Shown here piece after piece: positions 39,225-48,934 of a stretch of 64,000 bases of DNA (its first letter is position 1; every line of letters begins with the position of its first letter). The stretch comes from an uncultured Holophaga sp. Its GTDB lineage: Bacteria > Acidobacteriota > Holophagae > Holophagales > Holophagaceae. The notes under the pieces are model-generated. The model was not told the DNA's origin. It was given only the letters and a program-made list of their open reading frames with translations, and searched no databases. The position numbers and the translations under genes were made by a program. The stretch lies in NCBI GenBank assembly GCA_963664825.1, contig OY761614.1, positions 2,432,001 to 2,496,000 on the forward strand. The letters are read 5' to 3'.

Positions 39225-40457
39225 ATGGACTCCCCCAATCCTCGACCCCTCGGCCCCCGCGGCTGGACTTCTCTGTTGCTGCTGGGTTTTGCCTCCGGTC
39301 TGCCCCTCATCCTCACCGATTCCACCCTCAAGGTCTGGATCCAGGATGCGGGCGTGCCCATCCAGACCATCGGGTTCTTCTCCCTGGTGCAGCTCCCCTA
39401 TAATCTGAAGTTCCTCTGGGCGCCGCTGCTGGACCGCTTCATGCCTCCCTTCCTCGGTCGACGGCGTGGTTGGCTGATCGTGACCCAGCTCCTCCTGGTG
39501 CTGGCGTTGGGGGCCCTGGCCTTTGCCGATCCCCGAGGGAGGCTCAACCTCATGGCTGCCCTGGCCTTCGGCGTAGCCTTCCTGAGTGCCACCCAGGACA
39601 TCGCCTCCGATGCCTGGCGCACGGAGATCCTGCCGAAAGCGGATCAGGGAACGGGGATCACGACCCATATCGCGGCCTACCGAGTGGCCATCCTGGTGGC
39701 TTCAGCCGGGGCTCTTCTGCTCGCCGATCTTGCGGGCTGGCGTGCTACCTACCTTTCGATGGCGGCTTGCATGGTTCTGGGCCCTCTCGGTGCCCTCCTC
39801 GCCCGGGAGCCTGAGGCCGCGACGCGGCCCCGGACCCTGAAGGCCGCAGTGGTAGAACCCTTCCGGAATTTCCTGGGCCGGAATGGGGCAGGTTTGGCCC
39901 TGCTCTTCATCGTGCTCTACAAGCTGGGGGACCAGCTGGCCACCTCCTTGGCGCCCAATTTCCTGCGGAGCCTGGGATTCACCAAGACGGCCATCGGTAG
40001 TGTCACCAAGGGGGTTGGGCTCCCGGCCCTCATCGTGGGAGGCTACCTCGGCGGATGGCTTATGCGCCGCTGGTCCCTGCGGAAGGCGCTCTTCTGCTTT
40101 GGCCTCTTCCAGATCGCGGCCATCCTGGTGCTGCTCATTCCCGCGGCCCTGGGGCCCCGGATTCCGGCCCTGGTGGTGGCCATCGGCTTCGAGAATCTGG
40201 GCTTCGGCATGGGGGTCGCGGCTTACATGACCCTGATCATGCGGATGTGCGACCTGCGTTTCACGGGCACCCAGTTCAGTCTCTTGACCAGCCTGGCGGC
40301 CCTGCCGCGCACCTTGATCGCAGCTCCCGCCGGGTTTGCCGCGGCTTTCTACGGCTGGCCGGGCTATTTCGTCTTCTGCGCGCTGGCGGCCCTTCCTGGG
40401 CTCCTCATGCTGGCGCTCTACGACCGCTGGGGCCCCCGGGAAGAGACGGCGCTCTGA
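39225..40457 (+). CDS. ampG: Muropeptide MFS permease AmpG
   Basis: LGFASGLP, KFLWAPLLDR...LGRRRGW, SATQDIA.DA, LYKLGD, TQFSLL. Confidence 0.92.
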   Translation: MDSPNPRPLGPRGWTSLLLLGFASGLPLILTDSTLKVWIQDAGVPIQTIGFFSLVQLPYNLKFLWAPLLDRFMPPFLGRRRGWLIVTQLLLVLALGALAFADPRGRLNLMAALAFGVAFLSATQDIASDAWRTEILPKADQGTGITTHIAAYRVAILVASAGALLLADLAGWRATYLSMAACMVLGPLGALLAREPEAATRPRTLKAAVVEPFRNFLGRNGAGLALLFIVLYKLGDQLATSLAPNFLRSLGFTKTAIGSVTKGVGLPALIVGGYLGGWLMRRWSLRKALFCFGLFQIAAILVLLIPAALGPRIPALVVAIGFENLGFGMGVAAYMTLIMRMCDLRFTGTQFSLLTSLAALPRTLIAAPAGFAAAFYGWPGYFVFCALAALPGLLMLALYDRWGPREETAL

Positions 40458-40489
40458 GGAAGGGCACGCTTCCGCGCTAAGATCCTCCT

Positions 40490-41632
40490 GTGAAAGCTTC
40501 CCTAGCGAGTTCTCCCTGGCTTGTGTGGGCCATTCCGATGAGCTTCGGGCTCTTCGGGATCCTCACGTTCGCCATCCGCATGCTCCGCCTGCGGAGGAAG
40601 ACGCCCCAGGATCCCGAGCAGATGCTCCTGGGGGCGGTCTCGGCCAGCCTGCAGGAGCGGGGGCAGCTGGCGGCTTCCCTGGGGGAACTGAGAACGGTCC
40701 ACGAGCGGATACTGGACGCGCTGCCCTTCGGTCTGCTGTGGGTGGACCAGCGCCAGCAGATGGCCGCCCTGAACGCCCGGGGCATGGAGCTATTGGGTGT
40801 GAAGCGGGGCGTGGTGGGCCTGGACGCTGCCTTCGTGCTGGAGCCTTTCCCCTGGCTCCTGAAGGGCCTGGCCGAAGCCCCCGGTGAACCCTGGCGGTGC
40901 GAAGGCGGAGCCAGGCGCTGGGAGTTGCATCGGATCGAGGCGCCCAATAAGATCGGCGCCCTGCTGCGCTTCGAGGATGTCACCGAACTGGAGGCAGATG
41001 AGCGGCGCCGGGCCCTCCGTGAGCGTTTCGCGGAACTGGGGGAGATGACCGCCGGCGTGGCCCACCAGCTGAAGAATGGCTTGGCTGTGCTCAAGGGTCA
41101 TGGCCAGCTCCTCTCCCGGGCCGGGCACACCTCGGTGGCCCGGGAGGTGTTGGACGAGACGGAGAATCTGGAGCGGCTGGTCCAGCGATTCCTGCAATGG
41201 GCCAAACCCCTGGACCCTCAGTGCGAGGCCCTGGATCTCTCGGAAGCCCTGGCTCAGGCCATCGGCGAAATCCAGCGCAGGCCCGCCTTTCGGGAGGTGC
41301 GATTCTTCACCGAAGGGCAGGGGATGGCCCTGGCGGACTCCATGCTGCTCCACCAATCCCTGGTGAACCTCCTGGAGAATGCCTGCCAGGCCATGTCGGG
41401 CGCGGGATGTGTCTACGTGAAGGTGCAGGAGGCCCGCATCCTCATCGAGGACGAGGGACCGGGTTTCGGTGAAGAGACCCTGATCCGGATGCTGCGCCCC
41501 TTCGAGAGTGGCCGCCCTGAGGGCACGGGCCTTGGCCTGCCCCTGGCCTTGAAGTGGCTCAACGCCCAAGGGGCCGATCTGCATATCGAAGCCCGGGAAG
41601 GTGGCGGCACGCGCCTTTGCATTAGCTGGTAG
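40490..41632 (+). CDS. Sensor histidine kinase (TM, PAS-like, HisKA, HATPase)
   Basis: GVAHQLKN H-box, NLLENA, DEGPG, GTGLGL. Confidence 0.92.
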   Translation: MKASLASSPWLVWAIPMSFGLFGILTFAIRMLRLRRKTPQDPEQMLLGAVSASLQERGQLAASLGELRTVHERILDALPFGLLWVDQRQQMAALNARGMELLGVKRGVVGLDAAFVLEPFPWLLKGLAEAPGEPWRCEGGARRWELHRIEAPNKIGALLRFEDVTELEADERRRALRERFAELGEMTAGVAHQLKNGLAVLKGHGQLLSRAGHTSVAREVLDETENLERLVQRFLQWAKPLDPQCEALDLSEALAQAIGEIQRRPAFREVRFFTEGQGMALADSMLLHQSLVNLLENACQAMSGAGCVYVKVQEARILIEDEGPGFGEETLIRMLRPFESGRPEGTGLGLPLALKWLNAQGADLHIEAREGGGTRLCISW

Positions 41633-41647
41633 ATGTAGAATCGGCCC

Positions 41648-43363
41648 ATGCGCATAGGTATCCTCCAGCTCAATTCCCTTCTCGCCGATCCCGAGGCCAA
41701 TGGTCGGGCCCTCGAAGCCGCCTATGGTCGGGCCATCGCCATGGGCGCCGAACTGGTCCTGACGCCCGAGATGGCCGTACCGGGATACCTGGCTGAGGAC
41801 CGCCTCTGGGAGGTGGGCCTCAGGCGGCGCATTGTAGCGGAGAGCGAACGCCTCGCGGGCATCGCCGGGGAGGTGCCCCTGGTGCTCGGCACATGCAGCC
41901 CCAGCCCCTCGGGCCGCCTGTGGAACGAACTCTGGTGGTGTGAGAAGGGTGCCGTGAAGGTCCAGGCCCGCAAGCGGATCCTGGCGGCCTACGATGTCTT
42001 CGACGAGACGCGGTACTTCGATCCCGGAGGGGAGGTGCCCGGCCTCGTCTCCTTCAAGGGCGAGCGGGTGGGCCTCTCCATCTGCGAGGATCTGTGGGCG
42101 GATCCCGAACTGGCTCCGGGGCCCATCCGCTATGCCTTCGATCCCATCCGGGACCTGGCCACCCAGGGGGCCACCTTGCTCCTCAACGCCAGCGCCAGTC
42201 CCGGCCATCTCGGGACCTGGGCGCCTGCGGGGAAGACACCTGAATGGGGTGTGCCGGGCAAGCTGGAACTCCGCCGTCGGCTCCTGCAGGGCCATGCCCG
42301 GCGCCACGGACTGCCCATCGCCTACGCCTCCCGGGTGGGGAGCGAAAGCTGGCTCACCTTCGATGGAGGCTCGGGCCTGGTCTTTCCCGATGGCACCTGG
42401 CGGGGCGCCCCGCCTTTCCAGGAATCGGTGTTCTTGGTCGATACCCAGGGCGGCGGCCTTCCCTGGGTGGTGGATCCTGGGGAGCCTCTGTGGCTGCGGA
42501 AGGCCCTGGGCCTGGGGCTCCGGGAGAACCTCTCCAAGCAGGGGCTCGAGGCCGTGGTGGTCGGCCTCTCCGGAGGCATCGATAGCGCGGTGGTGGTGGC
42601 CATGGCCGTCGAAAATCTCGGCCGGGAGCGCGTGCTGGGCGCCGCCCTTCCTACCCGCTACACCAGTGAAGAGAGCCTTCGCCTGGCGGAAGCCCAGGCC
42701 CAGCATCTCGGCATCCCCTTCCTGACCCTCAGCGCTGAGGAACCCTTCGTCGGCGCGAAAACCGCCCTGGAGAGCGTCTTCCCGGACCGGGTCTTCGGCA
42801 TCTCGGACGAGAATCTCCAGAGCCGGGCTCGCGGCGCCCTGCTCATGGCCCTGACCACGGAACCCTCGGTGCATCGCCTGCTGGGCACCAGCCGCGTGGC
42901 TGTGCTCAATACGGGCAACAAGAGCGAGGCGGCCACGGGCTACTTCACCCTCTACGGGGATGGCATCGGCGCCTTCGGGATCCTGGGGGACTGCCTCAAA
43001 CAGCGCGTCTTTGCCCTGGCCCGGGAGCTCGGCGAGCTGATCCCGGAGGGCATCCTGCGGCGCAAGCCGACCGCCGAGCTGGCTCCCGGTCAGACAGACG
43101 AGGGTAGCCTCCTGCCATACGCCATCCTGGACCCCATCCTGGCCGCCTACATCGAGACCAGCCGACCCCTGGAATGCCTCTCCGAGGATCTCGCCTCGGT
43201 CTTGGAGGGCGAGAACCTGGAACAGGCTCGCTCGGCCATTCCCCGCATCCTGCGCCTCCTGCGGGGCAGCGAATTCAAGCGCCGCCAGCTGCCCTTCGCC
43301 CTCAAGGTGAGCCCTCGCGCCTTCGGCCGGGGACGCCGGATTCCGCTCACCGCGACGACGTGA
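41648..43363 (+). CDS. nadE: Glutamine-dependent NAD+ synthetase
   Basis: Nitrilase domain (PE, K, ICEDLW) plus GLSGGIDS, ENLQSR.RG, TGNKSE, P.AEL..GQ.D. Confidence 0.95.
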   Translation: MRIGILQLNSLLADPEANGRALEAAYGRAIAMGAELVLTPEMAVPGYLAEDRLWEVGLRRRIVAESERLAGIAGEVPLVLGTCSPSPSGRLWNELWWCEKGAVKVQARKRILAAYDVFDETRYFDPGGEVPGLVSFKGERVGLSICEDLWADPELAPGPIRYAFDPIRDLATQGATLLLNASASPGHLGTWAPAGKTPEWGVPGKLELRRRLLQGHARRHGLPIAYASRVGSESWLTFDGGSGLVFPDGTWRGAPPFQESVFLVDTQGGGLPWVVDPGEPLWLRKALGLGLRENLSKQGLEAVVVGLSGGIDSAVVVAMAVENLGRERVLGAALPTRYTSEESLRLAEAQAQHLGIPFLTLSAEEPFVGAKTALESVFPDRVFGISDENLQSRARGALLMALTTEPSVHRLLGTSRVAVLNTGNKSEAATGYFTLYGDGIGAFGILGDCLKQRVFALARELGELIPEGILRRKPTAELAPGQTDEGSLLPYAILDPILAAYIETSRPLECLSEDLASVLEGENLEQARSAIPRILRLLRGSEFKRRQLPFALKVSPRAFGRGRRIPLTATT

Positions 43364-44069
43364 AGTAGTCCTTTTCGGGCCAACCGCCGATGATGATGCT
43401 CATGCAGGCCTGGGCGATGGTCTCCACGTTCTGACGCTGGTTATTGAATACCGCGTCGTACCAGCGGGAAGACGTGATATCGGTCTGCAGACACTCACTG
43501 ATGAACTTCTCCCGGAGTTTGGACTGGGTGCGCACCAGCTCCTCGGCTTCCGGGAGGGGAATCTCGAGTCGGCGCGCCAGGGTCGAGGCCCGGAAGGCGA
43601 AGCTGCCCTCCAGGCGGAAGTGATAGCAGTTCTTCAGGTCCTGACAGACCACGGCACCCCCCCGGCCCACGATGATCGCGTTGCCAGCCGAGGCGATCTG
43701 GACGAGGTGCTTCACCAGTTTGGCGTAGGCCTCGTCATGGGTGAGATAGCCAAAATAGGTCTTGAGGACATCCACGGCATGGCTCTCGTCCCCCAGGTGG
43801 CTCAGGAGCTGGAGGGAGAGCTGCTCGTCGGTCGCCACCTTCTCGAGGAGAGCCTTATCGAAAATGCCCCAGGGCTCACCCGTGGATTGGACCAGGAGCC
43901 CCTGGAGGCGCTCGGCCAGGGGGTAGCCTTCGCATCCGTATTCCCGGGAGATGGTGATGGCCGGGTGGCGAGTCCCCTTGGGCACCCGAGCCAGCCGTTC
44001 CCGCAGCTGGAGCCATGCGGATTCCCGCTTTTCGATGCTCGGGATAAGGGAATCGTAGGTCTTGGCCAT
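43347..44069 (-). CDS. Cytidylate kinase-like family protein
   Basis: ITISREYGCEG, FDK.LL, IIVGRGG, YDAVFN. Confidence 0.85.
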   Translation of the reverse strand: MAKTYDSLIPSIEKRESAWLQLRERLARVPKGTRHPAITISREYGCEGYPLAERLQGLLVQSTGEPWGIFDKALLEKVATDEQLSLQLLSHLGDESHAVDVLKTYFGYLTHDEAYAKLVKHLVQIASAGNAIIVGRGGAVVCQDLKNCYHFRLEGSFAFRASTLARRLEIPLPEAEELVRTQSKLREKFISECLQTDITSSRWYDAVFNNQRQNVETIAQACMSIIIGGWPEKDYFTSSR

Positions 44070-44321
44070 GGATGCTCCGACGTCTTCAGCTTGGGGAGGG
44101 GATACCTTGAACAATAGGGCGGCCCCGGCCCCTGGCAAGGCTTGAGAGAGCCCCGGGGGGGGAGTTCTTCCCCCCGGCGCGTCCCCCTGGAGGCTTCATG
44201 AGGGAAGGCGGATCTGCATCACATGCCTCCGCCATGCACGAGTCGTGGCAGGATTCAAGGGTGCTGGCCAGGCCTCGCCCTTGATAACCTGAGATCTGCA
44301 ACAATCTTCCCCCAGAGGTCT

Positions 44322-45032
44322 ATGACTGCTCCCCAGGTTCCCGCTCGCAATGCAACGTTTCAGGCTCTGGAGGCCGCTCTCGGCACCTGCGGATCGGTCT
44401 TTCCCGCCAAGGGGGAAGGCTCGATCAAGCCGCGTCGGGCCTCCTTCAAGCCTAGCCCCAGACTGGCCGAAGCCCTGCTGTTTGCCCTCGAGAAACATGG
44501 TGACCAGGCCCGGAAGGGTACGGCCATCCCTTACGTGACCCATTTGCTGGCCGTGGCAGCCCTGGTCGGCGAGAGCGGCGGCAGCGAAGATGAAATGGTG
44601 GCGGCCCTCCTGCACGATGTCGTGGAGGATGGCGGGGGAGCACCCGTGCAGGACGAGCTCCGGCAGCGCTTCGGGAATACCGTGGCCGAGATCGTGAACG
44701 CCTGCACCGATGATGATTCAGGGGCCGAAAAGGCACCCTGGCTGGGACGCAAGCGGAACTATCTGGAGCATCTGGCCAAGGCTCCCTTGAATGTCCTGCG
44801 GGTGGCCTGCGCCGACAAACTGCACAATGCCGGAGCCATCGCCCGGGATTTCAGGGACCAGGGACCGGCGGTCTTCCAGCGCTTTCGCGGGGATCGGGAG
44901 GGCACGCTCTGGTACTACCGCTCCTTGGCCCGCATCTTCGGGGCCCTGGTGCTCGATGAACCCGATCTGGATCCGGGTTTCCGGAACCTGATCCGGGAAC
45001 TCCGCGAGACGGTGGCAGGGCTGGAAAACTGA
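44322..45032 (+). CDS. Stand-alone HD-domain protein, Mesh1/SpoT-type (small alarmone hydrolase-like)
   Basis: H.DQARKG..IPYVTH, AALLHDVVED, FG..VA.IV, ADKLHN. Start uncertain. Confidence 0.85.
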   Translation: MTAPQVPARNATFQALEAALGTCGSVFPAKGEGSIKPRRASFKPSPRLAEALLFALEKHGDQARKGTAIPYVTHLLAVAALVGESGGSEDEMVAALLHDVVEDGGGAPVQDELRQRFGNTVAEIVNACTDDDSGAEKAPWLGRKRNYLEHLAKAPLNVLRVACADKLHNAGAIARDFRDQGPAVFQRFRGDREGTLWYYRSLARIFGALVLDEPDLDPGFRNLIRELRETVAGLEN

Positions 45033-45125
45033 GGCAGAACCCACAGGCAGGATGCCCGTACCGGGTCATTGCGTTTTGAGGGCCTTGGCCTAGCTTGAGG
45101 CAGGAAAGCCTCACCGGGAGGGGAC

Positions 45126-45566
45126 ATGGCCAATGGAACCTGGGTGCTCGTATCTGATGCCTGCCGAGCCAGGATCTTCCTTGATCGGGGGAGGGGGGGC
45201 CTCGAGGAACTCGAAGGCTTCGCATGCCCCATGAGCCGGGAACACATCAGGGACCGGGTCTCGGACCGGGCCGGGCTCAAACCCGCCGGGGGCCACGGCG
45301 TTCGGACGGGGGCCTCCCAGGAAGTGGACCCCAAGGAGGCCGATGCCATGGCCTTCGCCCGGCATCTTGCGGAGGTCCTGCAACGGAAGTGGAATGAGCA
45401 TTCCTTCGGGGAGCTCGTGATCGCGGCGCCTCCCCACTTCCTCGGCCTCTTGAGGGGAGCCCTCAGTGAAACCGTGGCCCGTCGTGTGGTGGCTTCCTTC
45501 GACAGGGACTACACGACGCTGGATCTGGCCGAATTGAGTGCACACATCCACGCACACATCCGCTGA
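45126..45566 (+). CDS. Host-attachment (AtsE) / baeRF12-like protein
   Basis: TWVLVSDA.RARIF, SDR.G, FA..LAE.L, LVIAAPPHFLG.LR..L, DYT. Confidence 0.85.
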   Translation: MANGTWVLVSDACRARIFLDRGRGGLEELEGFACPMSREHIRDRVSDRAGLKPAGGHGVRTGASQEVDPKEADAMAFARHLAEVLQRKWNEHSFGELVIAAPPHFLGLLRGALSETVARRVVASFDRDYTTLDLAELSAHIHAHIR

Positions 45567-45593
45567 ACCCTGAGCTGGAGCTAGGGGTTGCAT

Positions 45594-45629
45594 TAATAGC
45601 GCGGTCCCGAGGGACCGCGCTATTACTTT
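45594..45629. terminator. Terminator hairpin between convergent transcripts
   Basis: TAATAGCGCGGTCCC-GA-GGGACCGCGCTATTA. Confidence 0.8.
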
Positions 45630-45715
45630 TGGTACCGGTGGTCGGGATCGAACCGACACTCCCTTGCGGGAAGCAGATTTTGAGTCTGCCGCGTCTGCCA
45701 TTTCGCCACACCGGC
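45630..45715 (-). tRNA. tRNA-Leu (anticodon CAA)
   Basis: Reverse complement GCCGGTG...GCAGA-CTCAAAA-TCTGC, long variable arm, GTTCGAT, CACCGGT-ACCA. Confidence 0.95.
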
Positions 45716-45769
45716 GCGGACACCTAGCATAGCGCAGGCGGACCCGGAGGCGAAGGGCTCTGAAAACGA

Positions 45770-47047
45770 CTACTCCAGGCCGAAGGTGGACGCCTCGAGT
45801 TCCTGTTTGATCAGCGACATGAACTGGTCGGCGGTGGCGCCGTCGACGATGCGGTGATCGAAGGAGAGGCTGGAGAACATCATCTGGCGGATGGCGATGG
45901 CGTCGGAGCCGTCAGGGGCGCTGATGACCACGGGGCGCTTGACGATGGCGCCGATGCCCTGGATGGCCACCTGGGGCTGGTTGATAATGGGCAGGCCGAA
46001 GACATCCCCATAGACCCCTGGGTTGGTGATGGTGAAGGTCCCGCCGGAAAGCTCGTCGGGCTTGAGCTGCTTGGCGCGGGCGCGATCGGCCATATCCCGG
46101 AGCCCCCGGGCGAGGCCACCCAGATTCAGCTGGTCTGCGTTCCGGATGACTGGGACGATCAGGCCCCAGTCCAGGCTCACCGCGATGCCTAGGTTGATGT
46201 CCTGTTTGTAGACGATGGTATCCCCCTCCACGGAGGCATTCACCACGGGGAAGGCCCGGAGGGCCTTGGCCGCGGCGGCCATGATGAAGGGCATGAAGCT
46301 GAGCTTGACTTCATAGGCTTCCAGGAAGGCCTGCTTGTGCCTTTCCCGCAGCCTGGCCACAGGCGTCATATCGATCTCGAAGACCGTATAGACATGGGCG
46401 CTGCTGCGCTTGGAGGCGAGCATGTTCTCGCTGATGAGTTTTCGCATGCGCGACATGGGCTCGATCTTCACCCGTTCCCCCGCGGCGAAGGCCGGCCGGG
46501 CTGGAACCGGTGCGGCAGGGATGTGGACCGCTGCGGAAGGGGGCTGGTGGGAGAGCCCGGCTAGGTGGGCCTCCATGTCTTCCCGGGTGACCCGGCCATG
46601 GAACCCGGTGCCCTTGAGGGTGCGAAGCTCGATGCCGTGGGCCCTGGCCATGGTGCGCACCAGGGGGCTGGACTTGGACGTCAGGCGACCCACGAGGGAG
46701 TTGTCGTCCTCGGCGGCACCGCCCGCCGATGGTGTCCCAGGGGTTGGCAGGGGCATAGGGGCAGGTGGAGTCTTGGTGGCGCTGGCAGGACTCGCCGGGG
46801 CTTTTTCGGAGCCGTCCCCGATGCGAGCCACCACCGAGCCCACAGGCACAGTCTGGTTCTCGGGCACCAGGATCTCCAGGAGCGTGCCGGCGATGGGGGC
46901 GGGAATCTCTGCGTCCACCTTATCGGTGGAGATTTCAAAGAGGGTTTCGTCCTTGCCGATGAGCTCTCCGACCTTGCGATGCCATTTGAGGATGGTGGCC
47001 TCTGCGATGGATTCGCCCATCTGCGGCATGATGACATCGAAGGCCAT
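45770..47047 (-). CDS. 2-oxoacid dehydrogenase E2 (dihydrolipoamide acyltransferase)
   Basis: Lipoyl domain MPQMGESI..STDKV; E3-binding SP.VR..A; catalytic FTITNPG, DHRIVDG. Confidence 0.95.
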   Translation of the reverse strand: MAFDVIMPQMGESIAEATILKWHRKVGELIGKDETLFEISTDKVDAEIPAPIAGTLLEILVPENQTVPVGSVVARIGDGSEKAPASPASATKTPPAPMPLPTPGTPSAGGAAEDDNSLVGRLTSKSSPLVRTMARAHGIELRTLKGTGFHGRVTREDMEAHLAGLSHQPPSAAVHIPAAPVPARPAFAAGERVKIEPMSRMRKLISENMLASKRSSAHVYTVFEIDMTPVARLRERHKQAFLEAYEVKLSFMPFIMAAAAKALRAFPVVNASVEGDTIVYKQDINLGIAVSLDWGLIVPVIRNADQLNLGGLARGLRDMADRARAKQLKPDELSGGTFTITNPGVYGDVFGLPIINQPQVAIQGIGAIVKRPVVISAPDGSDAIAIRQMMFSSLSFDHRIVDGATADQFMSLIKQELEASTFGLE

Positions 47048-47058
47048 GGGGGCTCCTA

Positions 47059-48510
47059 TCACGTGAGGGGCGGTTTTTGAAGGTGATGGTCCGTGAGTTC
47101 CTGGAAGGTCGCCGCCACTTCAAGGAGGCGGGTATCGGAGAGCGAAGGGCCCACCAGCTGGAGGCCCACGGGCATTCCTTGAGAGAAACCCGCAGGAATG
47201 GCCAGTGCGGGAAGGGCGGCCAGGGCCATGGTCACAGTGAAAATATCAGCCAGGTACATAGACAAGGGGTCTGACGTCTTCTCCCCGAGGGGGAAGGCGA
47301 TGGAGGGGCTCACGGGTGTGGCCAGCAGATCCACATGCTTGAAGGCCTCCTGGAAATCCCGAGTGATGAGGGTCCTGACCTTGAGGGCTCGGAGGTAGAA
47401 ATCTTCGTAGTAACCCTTGGAGAGGCAAAAGGCCCCCAGCAGGATCCGGCGCTTGGCCTCCGGGCCGAAGCCCTGGTCTCGGGTATTGGAAATCATGTCG
47501 TGAAGGCTTTCACCAGGTTCCCGGGTGCCATATCTCACGCCATCGAAGCGGGAGAGGTTACTGGAGACCTCCGAGGTATTGAGGAGGTAATAGGTATCAA
47601 TGGCGAAGCGGGTGTGGGGGAGGGAGACCTCCACCAGTTCCACTCCCTCCGATGCCAGCCGGGCCAGTGCCGTTTCAAGCACGTCTCTGACGCCAGGGGT
47701 GATGCCTTCGGCGAAGTATTCCTTGGGAAGGCCGATCCGCAGCCCCTTGAGGGGGGCTGGCTGGAGGTCCAGGAGCCGCGCCTGGGTGGGCAATGCCTGG
47801 CTGGTGCTATCGAGAGGGTCCGCACCGGCCATGACGGCCAGGCCGAGGGCCAAATCTTTGACACAGGAGGCCACAGGGCCCACCTGGTCGAGAGAAGAGG
47901 CCATGGCCGTCACGCCGAAGCGGCTCAGCACGCCATAGGTGGGGCGCAGGGCGCTGACGCCGCAAAAGCTTGCGGGAAGTCGCACGGAACCGCCGGTGTC
48001 GGTGCCGAGGGCGAAGGGTGCGTAGCCTGCCGCGACGGCCACGATGGGGCCGGAACTGCTGCCGCCGGGCACGCGAGAGAGATCCCAGGGATTTCCCGTG
48101 GCCCCAAAGGCGCTGAACTCGCCGCTGGATCCCATGGCGAATTCGTCCATATTGGCCTTGGCCAGGGGCACGGCCCCTGCGTCCAGCAGCCGCTGGACGA
48201 CCGTGGCGTTGTAGGTGGAGGTGAAACCCTCCAGGATCCTGGAACCATTGCCCAGGGGCATCCCCTTCAGGTTGATGTTGTCCTTGATGACGATGGGGAT
48301 TCCAAGCATCGGCCCCTTCTCGCCCCGATGGAGGCGGAGGTCCGCGGCCTGGGCCGCCGCCAGGGTCTGGCTCCGGTCGCGGTGGGTGAGGGCATGGAGC
48401 CTCGTTTCCAGCGCGTCCATTCGATCCATGCATGTCTGTGCCAGGAAGGTTGAGGAGAGATCCCCTGCATCGAGTCCATTCCGCCATTCGACAAGGGAAG
48501 TGCCGCCCAT
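47059..48510 (-). CDS. gatA: Asp/Glu-tRNA amidotransferase subunit A
   Basis: IKDNI, NMDEFAMGSS, PGGSS.G, GTDTGGSVR.PA, SSNLSRFDGVRYG, GFG.E.KRRILLG. Confidence 0.93.
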   Translation of the reverse strand: MGGTSLVEWRNGLDAGDLSSTFLAQTCMDRMDALETRLHALTHRDRSQTLAAAQAADLRLHRGEKGPMLGIPIVIKDNINLKGMPLGNGSRILEGFTSTYNATVVQRLLDAGAVPLAKANMDEFAMGSSGEFSAFGATGNPWDLSRVPGGSSSGPIVAVAAGYAPFALGTDTGGSVRLPASFCGVSALRPTYGVLSRFGVTAMASSLDQVGPVASCVKDLALGLAVMAGADPLDSTSQALPTQARLLDLQPAPLKGLRIGLPKEYFAEGITPGVRDVLETALARLASEGVELVEVSLPHTRFAIDTYYLLNTSEVSSNLSRFDGVRYGTREPGESLHDMISNTRDQGFGPEAKRRILLGAFCLSKGYYEDFYLRALKVRTLITRDFQEAFKHVDLLATPVSPSIAFPLGEKTSDPLSMYLADIFTVTMALAALPALAIPAGFSQGMPVGLQLVGPSLSDTRLLEVAATFQELTDHHLQKPPLT

Positions 48511-48684
48511 CTGTTTGTTCTCCGGAGATCGAGTGTGGCAGTATTCGCGACGGGAGGTGGTTTTGCGGCCTCCGGTATTGAGTTCTCGTGGTGGTATTTC
48601 GATTCCGAGACTAGGCTATCCTCTTGTTCCAGCCGCACCAGAACCCACACGATCGACAATCCCAAGCTCCACGCCGGAAGACTG

Positions 48685-48930
48685 ATGAATCCCTTCGAAG
48701 CTCTCGAGATAGCCCCGGGCGCCTCCTTTGAGGAGGTCAAGACTGCTTACCATCGGCTGGTCCAGCAGTGGCATCCCGTTCGCTTTCCCGGGGTCGAGAA
48801 GGCTGAGGCCGAGAGCCGTTGCAGAGGTTTCAGGAGACTAGGTCCGGGTTCGGCTCTTCCGACCTCGAAGGCCCGGGGACTCATGGACCCGTTTAATGCC
48901 CTGATCGGGCGCCTTTTCAAGAGGGGATGA
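48685..48930 (+). pseudogene. Truncated or degenerate DnaJ-domain protein
   Basis: MNPFEALEIAPGASFEEVKTAYHRLVQQWHPVRF (HPD changed to HPV). J-domain similarity breaks down after AEAESR; 81 aa. Confidence 0.6.
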
Positions 48931-48934
48931 GGAC

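Noticed and set aside
45560..45715. Genomic island integrated at tRNA-Leu or tRNA-Val
   Set aside because: No integrase and no duplicated tRNA 3' end seen; flanking genes look native.
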